Shown here: positions 1-10,804 of the stretch, one piece after another
How positions within the stretch are numbered: position 1 is the first letter of the stretch
Layout: each line of letters opens with the position of its first letter
Made by a program: the position numbers and the translations under genes
Notes under the pieces: generated by a model
Databases searched by the model: none
What the model was told of the DNA's origin: nothing
The model's input: the letters and a program-made list of their open reading frames with translations, nothing else
Assembly: GCF_000008665.1 (NCBI RefSeq)
Contig: NC_000917.1
Location: forward strand, 1,710,001 to 1,742,000
Length of the DNA stretch: 32,000 bases
Direction of reading: 5' to 3'
Origin: Archaeoglobus fulgidus DSM 4304
GTDB taxonomy: Archaea; Halobacteriota; Archaeoglobi; Archaeoglobales; Archaeoglobaceae

Positions 1-93
1 TCATCTGAAGGTCGAGCATTGCCTCGCCACAAAAAGGTATCGGAATGACTAAGTTTTTAAATTGCCAAGTCTAATTTTTACAGGTGTCAGGAA

Positions 94-447
94 ATGATCA
101 AAGTGATGGTCGTCGATGATGAAATTGCAATGAGGGAAATTCTCAAAATAATGCTTAAAGATTACAAGGTCATCGAGGCCTCGAACGGAAGGGAGGCGGT
201 TGAGCTGTACAGGGAGGAGCGGCCGGACATCGTTCTCATGGACGTCATGATGCCCCTGATGAATGGAATTGAGGCCACATCGGAAATCAAGAAAATAGAC
301 CCTGATGCAAAAATAGTCGCGATAACGGCCTACGCAAGCTCCAAAGGGGAGAAGGTAATTGAAGCCGGGGCGGATTACATTCTCAAAAAACCCTTCACCA
401 GAAAGGAGGTGGTGGAGCTTATTAAGAGAATTCTCAACTCGTCCTAA
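94..447 (+). CDS. Single-domain CheY-like response regulator receiver protein
   Basis: MIKVMVVDDEIAMREIL...PDIVLMDVMMPLMNGIEA...VAITAYAS...ILKKPF: acidic DD pair, phospho-acceptor D, conserved T/K positions; no output domain. Confidence 0.95.
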   Translation: MIKVMVVDDEIAMREILKIMLKDYKVIEASNGREAVELYREERPDIVLMDVMMPLMNGIEATSEIKKIDPDAKIVAITAYASSKGEKVIEAGADYILKKPFTRKEVVELIKRILNSS

Positions 448-522
448 TCTGCAATAACTATTTATAAAGCGAGTTAGAATTTTATTTGAATGTCATCTGA
501 CATGGAAGGAGGTATGATAACC

Positions 523-1689
523 ATGAAAGCTAACGACACTACAAAATACTTAATTCATGCTGAAATAGAAGCAGAAGGTGTTGTTGAACGTCCTGACGTA
601 GTTGGGGCTATATTCGGTCAAACTGAGGGACTGCTGGGTGGTGACCTGGACCTGAGAGAACTGCAGAAAACTGGGAGAATAGGGAGGATAGAGGTTAAGA
701 TAGAGAGCAAGGGAGGCAGGAGCTTTGGAGAAATCAAGGTTCCATCGAGCCTCGATAAGGTGGAAACGGCTATCCTAGCTGCAGCGCTTGAAACGATCGA
801 GAGAGTTGGGCCATGCTCTGCAAAGATTAAAGTTCTGAAAATTGAGGACGTGAGGGCGAGCAAGAGGAAGAGAATCGTTGAGAGGGCCATGAACATTCTC
901 AGAGAGCACTTCGAAGAGCCGGAGATTGAGTCTGAGAGGATAGTGGAAATCGTAAGGCAGGCTATAAGGGCTGACGAGATTGTCGAATACGGCGAGGAAA
1001 AGCTGCCAGCAGGGCCAGCGATTGATGAGTCTGATGCAATAATAGTCGTCGAGGGCAGGGCTGACGTGCTGAACCTGCTGAAGCACGGAATCAAGAACGT
1101 TATTGCTGTCGAGGGAACGAATATACCTAAAACGATAGTTGAGCTCAGCAAGAAGAAGACCGTTACAGCGTTTCTTGATGGTGACAGGGGAGGAGATTTG
1201 ATTTTAAAGGAATTGCTGCAAGTTGCTGAGGTTGACTACGTGGCAAGGGCACCTGAAGGGAAAGAAGTGGAGGATTTGACGCAGAAGGAAATCCTGAAGT
1301 CCCTTAGGAACAAAGTTCCGGTTGAGCAGCTTCACGTGCTGAAGAAGGAGGCAAAGGAGGGCAGGGAAAGGGAGAAACTAGCGGAAATGCCCAAGGACAG
1401 CATCTCCGACGTGCTCAGGAAGCACACAGAGTCCGTGAAGGGCAGACTGACTGCAAGAGTCCTCGACAGGAACTTGAACGTCATAAAGGAGGTTCCGGTG
1501 AGGGACCTTGTAAAGATCCTGAAGACCAACAACATGAAGGGCAGTGCGATCGTCTTTGACGGCATTATAACACAGAGACTCATCGATCTCGCCGCGAAAA
1601 AAGAGTTTGACTACATCGTCGGAGTTAGGCTAGGAAGTGTTGTTAAGGTCCCCACATCACTCAGAGTTATTACTTTTGATCAACTTTAA
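523..1689 (+). CDS. dnaG: Archaeal DnaG-type primase (TOPRIM domain)
   Basis: ORF 490..1689; TOPRIM motifs VVEGRADVLNLLKHGIKNVIAVEGT and FLDGDRGG. Start 523 preferred because GGAGGT lies at 508-513; ATGs at 490, 502 and 514 are alternatives. Confidence 0.93.
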   Translation: MKANDTTKYLIHAEIEAEGVVERPDVVGAIFGQTEGLLGGDLDLRELQKTGRIGRIEVKIESKGGRSFGEIKVPSSLDKVETAILAAALETIERVGPCSAKIKVLKIEDVRASKRKRIVERAMNILREHFEEPEIESERIVEIVRQAIRADEIVEYGEEKLPAGPAIDESDAIIVVEGRADVLNLLKHGIKNVIAVEGTNIPKTIVELSKKKTVTAFLDGDRGGDLILKELLQVAEVDYVARAPEGKEVEDLTQKEILKSLRNKVPVEQLHVLKKEAKEGREREKLAEMPKDSISDVLRKHTESVKGRLTARVLDRNLNVIKEVPVRDLVKILKTNNMKGSAIVFDGIITQRLIDLAAKKEFDYIVGVRLGSVVKVPTSLRVITFDQL

Positions 1690-2212
1690 TTTTTTTAACC
1701 TCTACCGCTTTAAGTATTATTTCCACTACTCCTTCAGCATCAAAGCTTCCCGAATTTATTATAAGATCGTAAATCGTCCAGTTGTCGATGTCGATGCTGT
1801 AAAACTTCCAGTACCTCCTCTTTTCAAATTCCTCCCTGAGCCTCGTCTCCTGCCTCACTACGGTTAGGTCCTTTCCCTCTCTCTTTGCTATTCTCGAGTA
1901 CCTTACCTCGGGGTCGGCAAAAATCCAAACCTTGAGGTCGGCGTTTTTAACAAACCAGCCGGAAAGTCTGCCCTCGACCACAACGTTCTTCTCCTTCTCC
2001 GCCATCTCCTTCTGAGTCTGATCGATTAAGCGGTCTATCTCCGGGTTCTCCTCCGCGTACTGGCTGAACTCCTCAACAGTCATTCCTTTCTTGGCCGCAA
2101 GCTGTCTGAAAACATCTCCTGCAGAAATAAGCTTTAAGCCAAGCTTTTCGGCAACAATTTTTGCAACAGTCGTAGTACCACTCCCAGGAGGTCCGGAAAT
2201 GGTTATTTTCAT
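1670..2212 (-). CDS. cmk: Cytidylate kinase, archaeal type
   Basis: MKITISGPPGSGTTTVAKIVAEKLGLKLISAGDVFRQLA P-loop; usual last gene of the archaeal spc-type cluster. Confidence 0.93.
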   Translation of the reverse strand: MKITISGPPGSGTTTVAKIVAEKLGLKLISAGDVFRQLAAKKGMTVEEFSQYAEENPEIDRLIDQTQKEMAEKEKNVVVEGRLSGWFVKNADLKVWIFADPEVRYSRIAKREGKDLTVVRQETRLREEFEKRRYWKFYSIDIDNWTIYDLIINSGSFDAEGVVEIILKAVEVKKIKVDQK

Positions 2213-2213
2213 A

Positions 2214-2879
2214 CTACACCCCTACCCTCAGAACTTTCTTTATTATCTGACCGAAGGTTATGGAGCACAGCAGATACCAGAAAAGCCACCATGGGAAAAT
2301 CAGAACGGGGGTTACGACGTGTATCTGCCCCGCAAAAGGTGCCACAACAGTGTAAAGCTCCGGTTTTAGAGTTTGCAGGAAAACCTCGGGCAACTCTGAT
2401 GTCAGATTTCCGTAATTTGTTGCTCCCGTCACAAGCTCGTAGCTGGCAGAGGCTTTCTCCCATAGCCACGCAAAAATGGGAATCGTGACTACAAAGGTGT
2501 AGAACATCGGCTTGAACTGCATTGACATCATCTCGCTCTGAATCTGCTGGATTTCGTTCTTTTTCTGCTCAAGCTGCTTCAGCTTGAATTTGTTGTTCTG
2601 CTTTGTTGCCTCTATGTACTCTTTCTGATACTCGCGCAGAATTTTCTGTATCTCCTTCATTCTCTTGTAATCGATAGTAAACTTCTGAATGAGATTTGAG
2701 TAAATTCCAGTGAGGATTGACATGATCAAGATAACAACGTGGAAGGGATAAGGAGAGAGAAAAAACAGAACGGACTCTACAATCTGTCCAAGCTCCAGCC
2801 TGAACTCCCTGCTGAAGAGTATGCCAATGAAAAATAAAGCTCCAAGAACCATTATGAACCTTGAAATTACCGCCTTCAT
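2214..2879 (-). CDS. DUF106 / EMC3-TMCO1-like (YidC/Oxa1-superfamily) membrane protein
   Basis: Several TM segments with a central charged coiled coil (YKRMKEIQKILREYQKEYIEATKQNNKFKLKQLEQKKNEIQQIQ); sits between secY and cmk as in other archaea. Confidence 0.85.
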   Translation of the reverse strand: MKAVISRFIMVLGALFFIGILFSREFRLELGQIVESVLFFLSPYPFHVVILIMSILTGIYSNLIQKFTIDYKRMKEIQKILREYQKEYIEATKQNNKFKLKQLEQKKNEIQQIQSEMMSMQFKPMFYTFVVTIPIFAWLWEKASASYELVTGATNYGNLTSELPEVFLQTLKPELYTVVAPFAGQIHVVTPVLIFPWWLFWYLLCSITFGQIIKKVLRVGV

Positions 2880-4366
2880 GCTTCTTCACCGAGCATCCTT
2901 CTGATGAGCGGATGCATCTCAGTGAGCTGTTCCTTGGCCAGATCCTCGTAGAATCTGTAGGCAATGCTCACAGCAAGTAAAAGTCCTGTTCCACTCACAT
3001 TACCAATTGTTCCAAGCATGTTGGCTACAAGCGTCAGAATGCCAATTATCGCACCACCAAGGATTGTAACCTTCGGGATGTACCTCGAAAGCACTCTCTC
3101 AAGGACCTGTGGGGACTTCCTGAAGCCCGGAACCTGCATTCCAGACTTGGCAATCTGAGATGCTACAGTCCTTGCATCCATTCCGCTCGTCTCAACCCAG
3201 AACCATGCAAAGATTATACCGCCAACAACCAAAATAAGGGCGTCAATCAGCAAATGAAGGTAAATCATCCAGTCCGGAATTGCCGCAAAGGCTGCTCCCT
3301 GTGATTTAACGAGCGAGGGGATCCAGTCGTAGGGGCTGCTGACGGGTTGGAGGAAGAACATCAGACCGCTTACTGCCTTTCCGTTAACAAACTCTCCGAA
3401 AATCGTCACTCCCCTCGCGTGAAGAACCTGACCTAAGGCCACGACGTTGGCCTGCAGTGCTCTAACGAAAATCATTGGCAAAACGCTGGCGTAAATGAGC
3501 TTTATTGGAAATCTACCCCTCGCACCTCTTGCAACTGCATGAGCCAGAGGAATTTCAACCCTCGTTCCCTCAAAGAAGACAACAAGCAGGATTATTGCAG
3601 CAGTGGTAATCAGAGCAAGAATGCCACCCTGGATCAGCAGGAAAGCCAGCCCGCTCCCTGTGAAAAGCTGGTCGAGCGGATAGTTCTGGGCTATCCAGAT
3701 CCACCTTGGGATTATACCTGCTGGCATTGCTGAGTTCGGTGGAATGACCCAGTTGAATAGGCCAACCACAATGGACTGAGCGATTCCAGCGAGGATGAAG
3801 AGCGAGACACCGCTGCCAATGCCCCACTTTGAAACAACCTCATCCATATATACTATCAAAACTCCACCGATGAAGAGCTGAATGAATATGAGGAATGAAA
3901 TTATGCCCGGAGAGACGCCAAGCTGGGCTGCAAGGTTTAAATCGGGCTTTAAAAGCCCTCCGGCAATCTGCGGTATAGCTTCAACTGCAATCATCACAAA
4001 AACAAGGAAGCGCTGGAAGTCCTGATAAGCTGCCCTGTCTTCTGGATTTGTCAAATCAAGTTTTATTATGCCGGCACCAACCAGCAGCTGAAGGATGATT
4101 GAGGCAGTAACAATCGGCCCTATACCGAGGGCAATTATTGAGCCCGTAGAACCAGCAAAAAGGGCTCTGTAGGCAGCAAATATATCTATTGACTCAGGAG
4201 AGAGGCCAAAAACGGGAACATTGGACAGGATAAAGTAGAGAAGGAGTATTGCCGCAGTCCATCCAAATTTCTCCCTGAAGTGGACATGTCCCTTTGGCCT
4301 CTCTACACTGGGTATGCGCTCAAAATAAGGTTGTAAGGCTCTTATCACGGAGTCCAATTCGATCAA
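2876..4366 (-). CDS. secY: Protein translocase subunit SecY
   Basis: Multi-TM protein with SecY signatures (ERPKGHVHFREKFGW, FFEGTRVEIPL, FPIKLIYASVLPMIFVRAL, MLGTIGNVSGTGLLLAVSIAYRFYEDL). N-terminal start uncertain (TTG 4366 or TTG 4357). Confidence 0.97.
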   Translation of the reverse strand: MIELDSVIRALQPYFERIPSVERPKGHVHFREKFGWTAAILLLYFILSNVPVFGLSPESIDIFAAYRALFAGSTGSIIALGIGPIVTASIILQLLVGAGIIKLDLTNPEDRAAYQDFQRFLVFVMIAVEAIPQIAGGLLKPDLNLAAQLGVSPGIISFLIFIQLFIGGVLIVYMDEVVSKWGIGSGVSLFILAGIAQSIVVGLFNWVIPPNSAMPAGIIPRWIWIAQNYPLDQLFTGSGLAFLLIQGGILALITTAAIILLVVFFEGTRVEIPLAHAVARGARGRFPIKLIYASVLPMIFVRALQANVVALGQVLHARGVTIFGEFVNGKAVSGLMFFLQPVSSPYDWIPSLVKSQGAAFAAIPDWMIYLHLLIDALILVVGGIIFAWFWVETSGMDARTVASQIAKSGMQVPGFRKSPQVLERVLSRYIPKVTILGGAIIGILTLVANMLGTIGNVSGTGLLLAVSIAYRFYEDLAKEQLTEMHPLIRRMLGEEA

Positions 4367-4371
4367 CCCCT

Positions 4372-4902
4372 TTACTCAGCCACTACCTTACCTCCAGCAG
4401 CCTCAATCTTCTCGACAGCCTTGGGCGTTGCCTCAAAGACTTTAACCTCCATTTTCCTCGTTACCTTTCCAGAGCCAAGAAGCTTGCTGTAGCCAAGTTC
4501 CGCCAAATCAATTCTGTAAACGTCCCCTTCCTTCTCCGCCAGCCCCAAGCTTGCGAGTCTGTCGATTATCTCGTCAAGGTCGCCTGCATTCAGCTCAGGC
4601 CTTGAGTAGAGATAACGATAGGTGTAGTCGTCGAGCTTCCCTTCTTCCTTGAGCCACCTCAGGGTTTCCTTAACCGCCTGAACGTTCAGGTAGTCCTTCC
4701 TCAGTATCTTGGGCCTCGTAAAGCCGTGCTTTCCAAACAAGTACTCGCCCTTCTTTGCGAGCTTCACGAATTTGATGTACTTGTGCTTGTGAACTCCAGC
4801 GTTACCCGCACCTCCTCTGTTACCCCTACCTCTTCTGTTCTTGTGACTGCCCCATCCAAAGGTTCTCGAACCTCGGAACTTCTTTACCTTCTTCTTTGGC
4901 AT
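4372..4902 (-). CDS. rpl15: Ribosomal protein L15 (uL15)
   Basis: MPKKKVKKFRGSRTFGWGSHKNRRGRGNRGGAGNAG; ORF opens at a GTG at 4911, but ATG 4902 has a GAGGTGAT Shine-Dalgarno. Confidence 0.96.
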   Translation of the reverse strand: MPKKKVKKFRGSRTFGWGSHKNRRGRGNRGGAGNAGVHKHKYIKFVKLAKKGEYLFGKHGFTRPKILRKDYLNVQAVKETLRWLKEEGKLDDYTYRYLYSRPELNAGDLDEIIDRLASLGLAEKEGDVYRIDLAELGYSKLLGSGKVTRKMEVKVFEATPKAVEKIEAAGGKVVAE

Positions 4903-4907
4903 CAAAA

Positions 4908-5375
4908 TCACCTCATCTTGTAAAGCAGCCTGTTGATTTCCTCACCGTGATAGCCCAAATTACCTCTCGGATAGTGCCACTTAATGTTCTTTATACCTTT
5001 TCTCGGGGGGTGGAGCCTGAAGACTGGCTTGAGATCAGGCAAGTCCTTAAGGCTTGCTTTTCCCTCGACCACTGCCTTTGCAAACTCCTCAATGGTCTCG
5101 TAGCCCGTCTTCTCCTTCACGTACTCGTCTGTCAGCTTCCTGTTTCCAGTAAGCCTTCCCCTCAGCCTGAGAAGCAATGCAAGGGTTTCGGCGTTGATTT
5201 CACCGTAGGCAACGTAATCCTTCACAACCTGAAGCATTCCTCTGTATGAGGGAGTGTCGGGAATGACCACGCAGTGGTAGCGCTTGTGGAGCCTGAGCAT
5301 TTTCAGGGTTTCCTTTATTTTGCGGTGAACATCAACAGTTCCCCTCATCCTGACAACTGCAAACATTCTCCTCAC
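4908..5375 (-). CDS. rpl30: Ribosomal protein L30 (uL30)
   Basis: [52 protein letters not shown]; syntenic position. Confidence 0.95.
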   Translation of the reverse strand: MRRMFAVVRMRGTVDVHRKIKETLKMLRLHKRYHCVVIPDTPSYRGMLQVVKDYVAYGEINAETLALLLRLRGRLTGNRKLTDEYVKEKTGYETIEEFAKAVVEGKASLKDLPDLKPVFRLHPPRKGIKNIKWHYPRGNLGYHGEEINRLLYKMR

Positions 5376-5968
5376 CTCTTCACGTACATCGTCTTCTTCA
5401 AAGCCTCATAAGTCGCCTTTGCGAAGTTCACGGTTGTTTTGGTCTGCCCCTTGGTGAAGCTCCAGACGTCCTTAACTCCGGCAAGCTCTATGACTCTCTT
5501 CGCCACATCTCCGGCAACGATTCCGAGTCCCTTGGGTCCGGGGATGAGCGTGACTCTCACGCTGCCACTCGTTCCCGTAACTTTGAAGGGCAATGAGTGG
5601 TCTCCTCCGCAACCACACTCCCACGAACCGCAGCCCCTCTGAACCTTGAAGATGTTGAGCTTTGCGTTGTTTATGGCCTTCTGGATGGCTGGAGCAACCT
5701 GAGAGGCTTTTCCGGTGCCAATTCCAACGTATCCGTTTCTGTTACCAACTACAGCCGTGACTCTGAACTTGGTCCTCCTTCCGCTGTCGGTCATCCTCTG
5801 AACCATCGAAATCTCAAGGACGTCATCCTCAAGGTCCGGAAGGAGTATGTCAACGATTTCGGGCTCCTTCAGCGGGAGATTGCTGGCCAGAGCCTCATCC
5901 ATTGTCTTTATCTTTCCATCAGCAACCAGTCTCCCCAGCTTTGTTTTCGGCACCCAATCCTCGGTCAT
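5372..5968 (-). CDS. rps5: Ribosomal protein S5 (uS5)
   Basis: [34 protein letters not shown]...[27 protein letters not shown]. Confidence 0.97.
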
Positions 5969-6537
5969 GATATCACCATCAGCTTCTCCTTAATCTCATC
6001 AACGTGAGCGGGCAAATCTGAGGGCTTCAAACCTCTCTTCTCGTACTCACCAAACCTTTCGGGATTCATTTCGTAGTAGGCTGCAATGTGCTCACCCCTG
6101 ATTCTCGAATCGTCTGGCAGAACCTCATCGCTGTGAGGAACTTCCAGCCCTCCTTCAACCGCTCCTCTCAGCACTGCAAAAACCCTTGAGCCCCTCGTCG
6201 GGGTGTGGAGGCCGATGTCCAGAACAGCCTCGCCAATGCCCTTCTGCAAAGCTTTCTTGGCTATGAGAATGCCCGTCAGGTAGGCAGCGGGGGTGTTGTT
6301 CAGGTCCCCTTTCCATCCAAATTCCCTCAGCATTGCTGAATCCACACCGACAACAACTCTGTCCCCTTCTGGGGCGTACTCAACAATCTGAGCGATGACT
6401 CTCCTGTTGGTAATTCTCACAACCAGTCTTGGCTTCCTTGAAAGGAGCAGCTTAAGTCTTTTCCTGTAGTTCGTCTTACCCTCTCTTCTTCTCCTGAGGG
6501 GAACCTTGTATCTCGGACCTCTTGCCAACTTCATCAC
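5965..6537 (-). CDS. rpl18: Ribosomal protein L18 (uL18)
   Basis: [53 protein letters not shown]. Confidence 0.97.
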
Positions 6538-6983
6538 CTCTTCATCTGCTCAACATAAATCTTAAGGTGGGCAACGCTCCTGAACTCTCCACCCTTCGCC
6601 TTTCTGTAAAGGATTCTGTAAGTTCTCCTGTCCACAACGCCCTCAGCCTTCATCTGCCTCAAAGCTTTCCTTAAAGCTCTGATTCTGAGAATCCACATTC
6701 TCTTTCTTGGCATCCTCGCTCCCTTCGCTCCCTTTCTGCTGCCGTGACCTCTTCTCCTGCCCTTTCTCTTCTGGAGCTTTCTCTTGTTTATCCTCGCCCT
6801 GCTAACGCCATTTACGGGCTTTCTCTTTATCACACCCTGCTCAATTAGCTCCCTTATGTCCTGCTTTGTTGCCGCTGTGGCAATATCTTCCAAAGCAGCT
6901 GGATCAAACCACACTCTGTTTTCACCGCACTTCAACACAGATGCTGCAAGCCTGCGCTGTAAACTCAAATCCATAACCATCAC
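6534..6983 (-). CDS. rpl19e: Ribosomal protein L19e (eL19)
   Basis: [24 protein letters not shown]...[36 protein letters not shown]-like L19e body. Confidence 0.96.
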
Positions 6984-7378
6984 CCTGACGGATTGAGAAC
7001 TTTAATTCCAAGCTCCTTGGCCTTATCCTCAATCGCAAGCCTCTTCTTCATGCCAACGCATGAGGCGATTCTCACAGCCTGTCTTTCCTTGTCGATTTTT
7101 TCCAGATCAGCGGGATTGTAAACGAGGACCTCCTCGTAGCCGCTTGGATGCAAGCCCCTAACGGCCTTGGGAGAGCCAAAGCCCACATTGACGGGAATTC
7201 TGCCGCTCCACTTCCCACCGTATCTCTTTCTAAGCTTGTTAAACAAACCTCTCGGCCTTCTCCAGCTTTTGTTTCTCAATCTGAGCTTCTTGTTCCAGCA
7301 GTATCTTCTGAACTCTGGCTTTCTTGCCTTCTGCCTCCTTCTCACCTTAAGCAGCCTTTTGTGCTCCATTACAACCAC
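6980..7378 (-). CDS. rpl32e: Ribosomal protein L32e (eL32)
   Basis: KPEFRRYCWNKKLRLRNKSWRRPRGLFNKLRKRYGGKWSGRIPVNVGFGSPKAVRGLHPSGYEEVLVYN. Confidence 0.96.
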   Translation of the reverse strand: MVVMEHKRLLKVRRRQKARKPEFRRYCWNKKLRLRNKSWRRPRGLFNKLRKRYGGKWSGRIPVNVGFGSPKAVRGLHPSGYEEVLVYNPADLEKIDKERQAVRIASCVGMKKRLAIEDKAKELGIKVLNPSG

Positions 7379-7936
7379 TCACGGCTTCTTTACGATGTAT
7401 ATCCCATCCTGGAAAACACGCGGGTCCTTTCTCTTGATCTTTGTCGCCTGTTCGAGGTTCGCGGCAGTCTGACCGCACTCTTCGATGTCTATGCCCCTCA
7501 CGTAGATGTCCTGACCGCTTATCTCAACCTGCGCCCTTCCAACTATCTTCGCCCTTCTCGGATGCTTCTCTCCAATGAAGTTCTCGATTATAACCTCATT
7601 ACCTTCAACTCTGACCTTGATGGGAAAGTGAGCGTAAACAACCTTCAGATGGTACTCGAAACCTTCCTTAACTCCGGTTATGAGGTTTTCGATGTGCCCA
7701 GCAAAGGTCCCAACCATTGCCTTGTGTTTTTTCTTGGGAGAGGTTGTGTAAACCCTCACCTTCCCGTCCCCAACCTCAATGAAAACTCCCCTGTACTTCA
7801 GATACCTCGTGTTCTCCCCCTTCGGACCCACAGCCTTGAGAGTGTAACCTCTGAAGCTGTCTCCCTCGATGGTTAGCTGCACGTCCTCCGGCACTTCAAC
7901 AACTCTTTCCTCGTAAACTTCAGTAGACGTAAGCAA
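7379..7936 (-). CDS. rpl6: Ribosomal protein L6 (uL6)
   Basis: [19 protein letters not shown]...; the ORF as given (to 8005) has a non-homologous extension inside S8. GGGAGGTG followed by TTG at 7936 ([10 protein letters not shown]) is the likely start. Confidence 0.93.
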   Translation of the reverse strand: MLTSTEVYEERVVEVPEDVQLTIEGDSFRGYTLKAVGPKGENTRYLKYRGVFIEVGDGKVRVYTTSPKKKHKAMVGTFAGHIENLITGVKEGFEYHLKVVYAHFPIKVRVEGNEVIIENFIGEKHPRRAKIVGRAQVEISGQDIYVRGIDIEECGQTAANLEQATKIKRKDPRVFQDGIYIVKKP

Positions 7937-8318
7937 GGAGAACACCTCCCAACCTCTGTTTTCTCGCATCCTTCTGCGACATAACACCCTTTGTTGTTGA
8001 AACAATCAGAATCCCGAAGTCCCTGGCAGGCAGGTATCTTTTCTCGTACATCTCGTACTCTGTGACGGACGACGAGAACCTTGGCCTTATAGCTCCGCAA
8101 TCGTTGATGTTTCCGGAAAGCTCCACTATGAACTTCCCACCCCTGTGGTTCTCGACGTACTCGAAGCCCTTGATGTATCCGTAATCCTTCATCACTTTGA
8201 GCACGTTGCCGATTAGCTTTGAAGCTGGCTTGATTTCGCACTTTTTCTCTCCCACCATCTCAGCGTTCTTTATCGCTATCATGGCATTTGACAGAGTATC
8301 AACGCTCATAACCATCAC
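7920..8318 (-). CDS. rps8: Ribosomal protein S8 (uS8)
   Basis: [50 protein letters not shown]...[31 protein letters not shown]. Confidence 0.97.
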   Translation of the reverse strand: MMVMSVDTLSNAMIAIKNAEMVGEKKCEIKPASKLIGNVLKVMKDYGYIKGFEYVENHRGGKFIVELSGNINDCGAIRPRFSSSVTEYEMYEKRYLPARDFGILIVSTTKGVMSQKDARKQRLGGVLLAYVY

Positions 8319-8470
8319 CAGTACTTCTTAAATCCGAGTTCAGAAGCCACCTCTCTAAAGCACTGCCTGCAGAGGTAGAGACCGTACATTCTGATTAAGC
8401 CCCTCCTCCTGCCGCATCTTCTGCACTCGTTGGCACCTCTTCCAAAAACCTTGGTTCTCTCCTTCTTCAT
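8315..8470 (-). CDS. rps14: Ribosomal protein S14, zinc-binding type (uS14)
   Basis: [51 protein letters not shown]; CxxC...CxxC; ATGA overlap with the L5 stop at 8467-8470. Confidence 0.97.
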   Translation of the reverse strand: MKKERTKVFGRGANECRRCGRRRGLIRMYGLYLCRQCFREVASELGFKKYW

Positions 8471-9003
8471 TCCACAATCACCCCCAGAGATTCGAGCCAA
8501 CGGATGGTGTCCTCCTTTGTCACTCTATGGGAAGTCGCAATCTTGGCCTTCTTTCTTCTCCTTCTCGCAACTCTGTAGCCCCTTCTTTTCAGAGACACGC
8601 ACACGTCCATGCCAAAAATACCGACATCGGGATCGTAATCCACTCCCGGCAAATCAATGTGCTCGGCAATGCCAAAGGCAAAGTAACCCTCTCCAATCGA
8701 TTTTCGGCTCAGCCTGTTCTCCTTAACGGTGAGCGCATCCTTAAGGAACTTAAGTGCCTTCTCACCGCGAAGGGTTACCTTAATTCCAATCGCCTCTCCC
8801 TTCCTGATTCCGAAATTCTTGATAGTCATCTTGGCGTAAGTTATTGCAGGCTTCTGCTCTACAAGCTCTTCAAGCAGGCTGTAAGCTTTCTTGTGTCTCT
8901 CTCCGCTCTCACCAACGCCTATGTTGATGACAACCTTGTCCAGCACCACTTCCCTCATCGGATTTTCATTTCCTGCCTTCTTTTCCATCTCAACCGCCTG
9001 CAT
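8467..9003 (-). CDS. rpl5: Ribosomal protein L5 (uL5)
   Basis: [67 protein letters not shown]. Confidence 0.97.
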   Translation of the reverse strand: MQAVEMEKKAGNENPMREVVLDKVVINIGVGESGERHKKAYSLLEELVEQKPAITYAKMTIKNFGIRKGEAIGIKVTLRGEKALKFLKDALTVKENRLSRKSIGEGYFAFGIAEHIDLPGVDYDPDVGIFGMDVCVSLKRRGYRVARRRRKKAKIATSHRVTKEDTIRWLESLGVIVE

Positions 9004-9006
9004 CCC

Positions 9007-9714
9007 TTACACCCCCAGGTCAATCACGGGCTTATCACTGTCCTTTTTGCCCACAACAAACACGTAGTCCTCAATGGTCGTGATGTCCCTCTCCTCTCCC
9101 TCAACAGTAACGAGGTTGGGTGCAGAGCTCCTCACAATCTTGTAGCTCTTTATCCTGCCAATCTCACCAGCATGAGTGCCGCCGGTAATCATGACGAGGG
9201 CCCCTTCCTCGAACTTGAGGTGGTCAACGACCTCCTTTTCGGGAATCCTTAGCAGGATGCTGTCCTTCGTCTTGTAATCATTGCTGCCGAGGATGTTTGT
9301 GCCGTCAAAGAGGTTGAGCTGAACCTTGCCCCCTCTCACAAGCGTTTTGTTGGTTATCTTGTAGAGCTTGAGGTCCGCATCCTCAACCTCCTTTGGTATA
9401 TACCTTCCCTTCTCGTCGAAAAGAATTCTGTAGCTCTTCTCAAGCTTTGGAATGGTGACAACGTCAAAAAGCCCCACGGGGAACTTGTAGTCCTTCCTGA
9501 CGACTCCGTCAACAAGTATCTCTCCTGCAGAAATGATTCTCCTCGCCTCTCTACCGGTATCGGCAAGCTCAAGGAAGTCCCTAACGAGCACGAGAAGCGG
9601 GATGGCTTCCTTGTTATGTGGGCCAGGTGAGGGCTTTACAACCCACTTTGAAACCTTTCTCGGAATTTTGTACGTTTTCGGAGCGGAAAGTCTCTTCTGA
9701 TGCAACTCAATCAC
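9007..9714 (-). CDS. rps4e: Ribosomal protein S4e (eS4)
   Basis: [71 protein letters not shown]. Confidence 0.97.
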   Translation of the reverse strand: MIELHQKRLSAPKTYKIPRKVSKWVVKPSPGPHNKEAIPLLVLVRDFLELADTGREARRIISAGEILVDGVVRKDYKFPVGLFDVVTIPKLEKSYRILFDEKGRYIPKEVEDADLKLYKITNKTLVRGGKVQLNLFDGTNILGSNDYKTKDSILLRIPEKEVVDHLKFEEGALVMITGGTHAGEIGRIKSYKIVRSSAPNLVTVEGEERDITTIEDYVFVVGKKDSDKPVIDLGV

Positions 9715-10073
9715 CTCTCAAGGATTTTCTTTCTGACCTCGTCCACTTCGCCGAAGTCTGTGATCATAACATTTGACGGATGAATCGGAACCGCAACCTC
9801 AGTCCCGTCAGCTTTGGTGACAGTAACGCCATCAACCGTGATTCTGCACCTCTTCATGTCAACCTCAAGCACTCTTCCCTCATGTCCGGCAAACTGACCC
9901 CTCATGATTCTCACTTTGTCCCCCTTTCTGACTCTGATTGCCCTCTTTCCGTACTTCTTTCTCAAATCCTTGGATAGAGTAGCGTGAAGAAGCTTGTGCC
10001 TCTCGTGAAGCTTGGCCGTCTTGTAAAGCCACCTTCTCTGCTTCCTCGGCTGCTTTGATTTGGGAACTGCCAT
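9711..10073 (-). CDS. rpl24: Ribosomal protein L24 (uL24)
   Basis: [68 protein letters not shown]; ATG 10073 follows GAGGTGG. Confidence 0.96.
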   Translation of the reverse strand: MAVPKSKQPRKQRRWLYKTAKLHERHKLLHATLSKDLRKKYGKRAIRVRKGDKVRIMRGQFAGHEGRVLEVDMKRCRITVDGVTVTKADGTEVAVPIHPSNVMITDFGEVDEVRKKILER

Positions 10074-10083
10074 TTTTACCACC

Positions 10084-10482
10084 TCACACGATTACGGATG
10101 CAATGGTGCCTATTTTGCTAAAGCGCTCCGCAGCCTCTCTCGCAACAGCACCTCTGATTTCCGAGCCCCTAGGCTCTCCCCTCTCGTTTGTAATCACTGC
10201 AGCGTTGTCCTCAAACTTCACCCTCGTTCCGTCTGGTCTGCGGTACTCCTTTCTCTGCCTCACTATGACTGCATAGTGAACCTGCTTCCTTATTTCGGGA
10301 GTTCCCTTCTTTACGGTCACAACAACTATGTCTCCTACGCCTGCAGCGGGATATCTCCTCCTGACGCCCTTGTATCCCTTTACCGCAATAATTTCAAGCT
10401 CCCTCGCTCCGGTGTTGTCGGCGCAAACAAGCCTCGCTCCTGTTGGCAGCGCTCTTGGAATGTTAGCTCTTATTGCCTTCAT
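10084..10482 (-). CDS. rpl14: Ribosomal protein L14 (uL14)
   Basis: [70 protein letters not shown]; GAGGTGG upstream. Confidence 0.97.
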   Translation of the reverse strand: MKAIRANIPRALPTGARLVCADNTGARELEIIAVKGYKGVRRRYPAAGVGDIVVVTVKKGTPEIRKQVHYAVIVRQRKEYRRPDGTRVKFEDNAAVITNERGEPRGSEIRGAVAREAAERFSKIGTIASVIV

Positions 10483-10804
10483 TGCCCACCACCTCTAAAA
10501 TCACGAAGCTTTTTGTTTTGCTAATCGGCCTGCACTCTCCAATGGTTACAATATCTCCCGGCCTCGCCCTGATGCACCTCGGATTGTGAGCGTGAAGCTT
10601 TGACCTCTTCTTCATGTATCTCTCGAATTTCGGCACGTATCTGATGAGCTCTCTCTCGATTACTGCCGTTTTGCCGTAAACCTTCACAACCTTGCCGCGA
10701 AGCAACTGTCCTCTCACTGAAAGCGTTCCGTGAAACGGACAGTTTTCATCCTCACATTCCCTTTCAGGAGGTTTCACGTCAATACCAATATCCCTCATAT
10801 CCAC
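10463..10804 (-). CDS. rps17: Ribosomal protein S17 (uS17)
   Basis: [54 protein letters not shown]; start possibly 10798. Confidence 0.96.
   Translation of the reverse strand: MDMRDIGIDVKPPERECEDENCPFHGTLSVRGQLLRGKVVKVYGKTAVIERELIRYVPKFERYMKKRSKLHAHNPRCIRARPGDIVTIGECRPISKTKSFVILEVVGNEGNKS

Noticed and set aside
1-93. Possible divergent - strand gene start at the left edge (ATG at 19)
   Set aside because: Only six codons are inside the window, and the TATA-like TTTAAAAA is about 38 nt away; too little to support.
7873-8241. 122-aa - strand ORF overlapping S8
   Set aside because: Same-strand out-of-frame shadow of rps8 with no homology; S8 and L6 fully account for the DNA.
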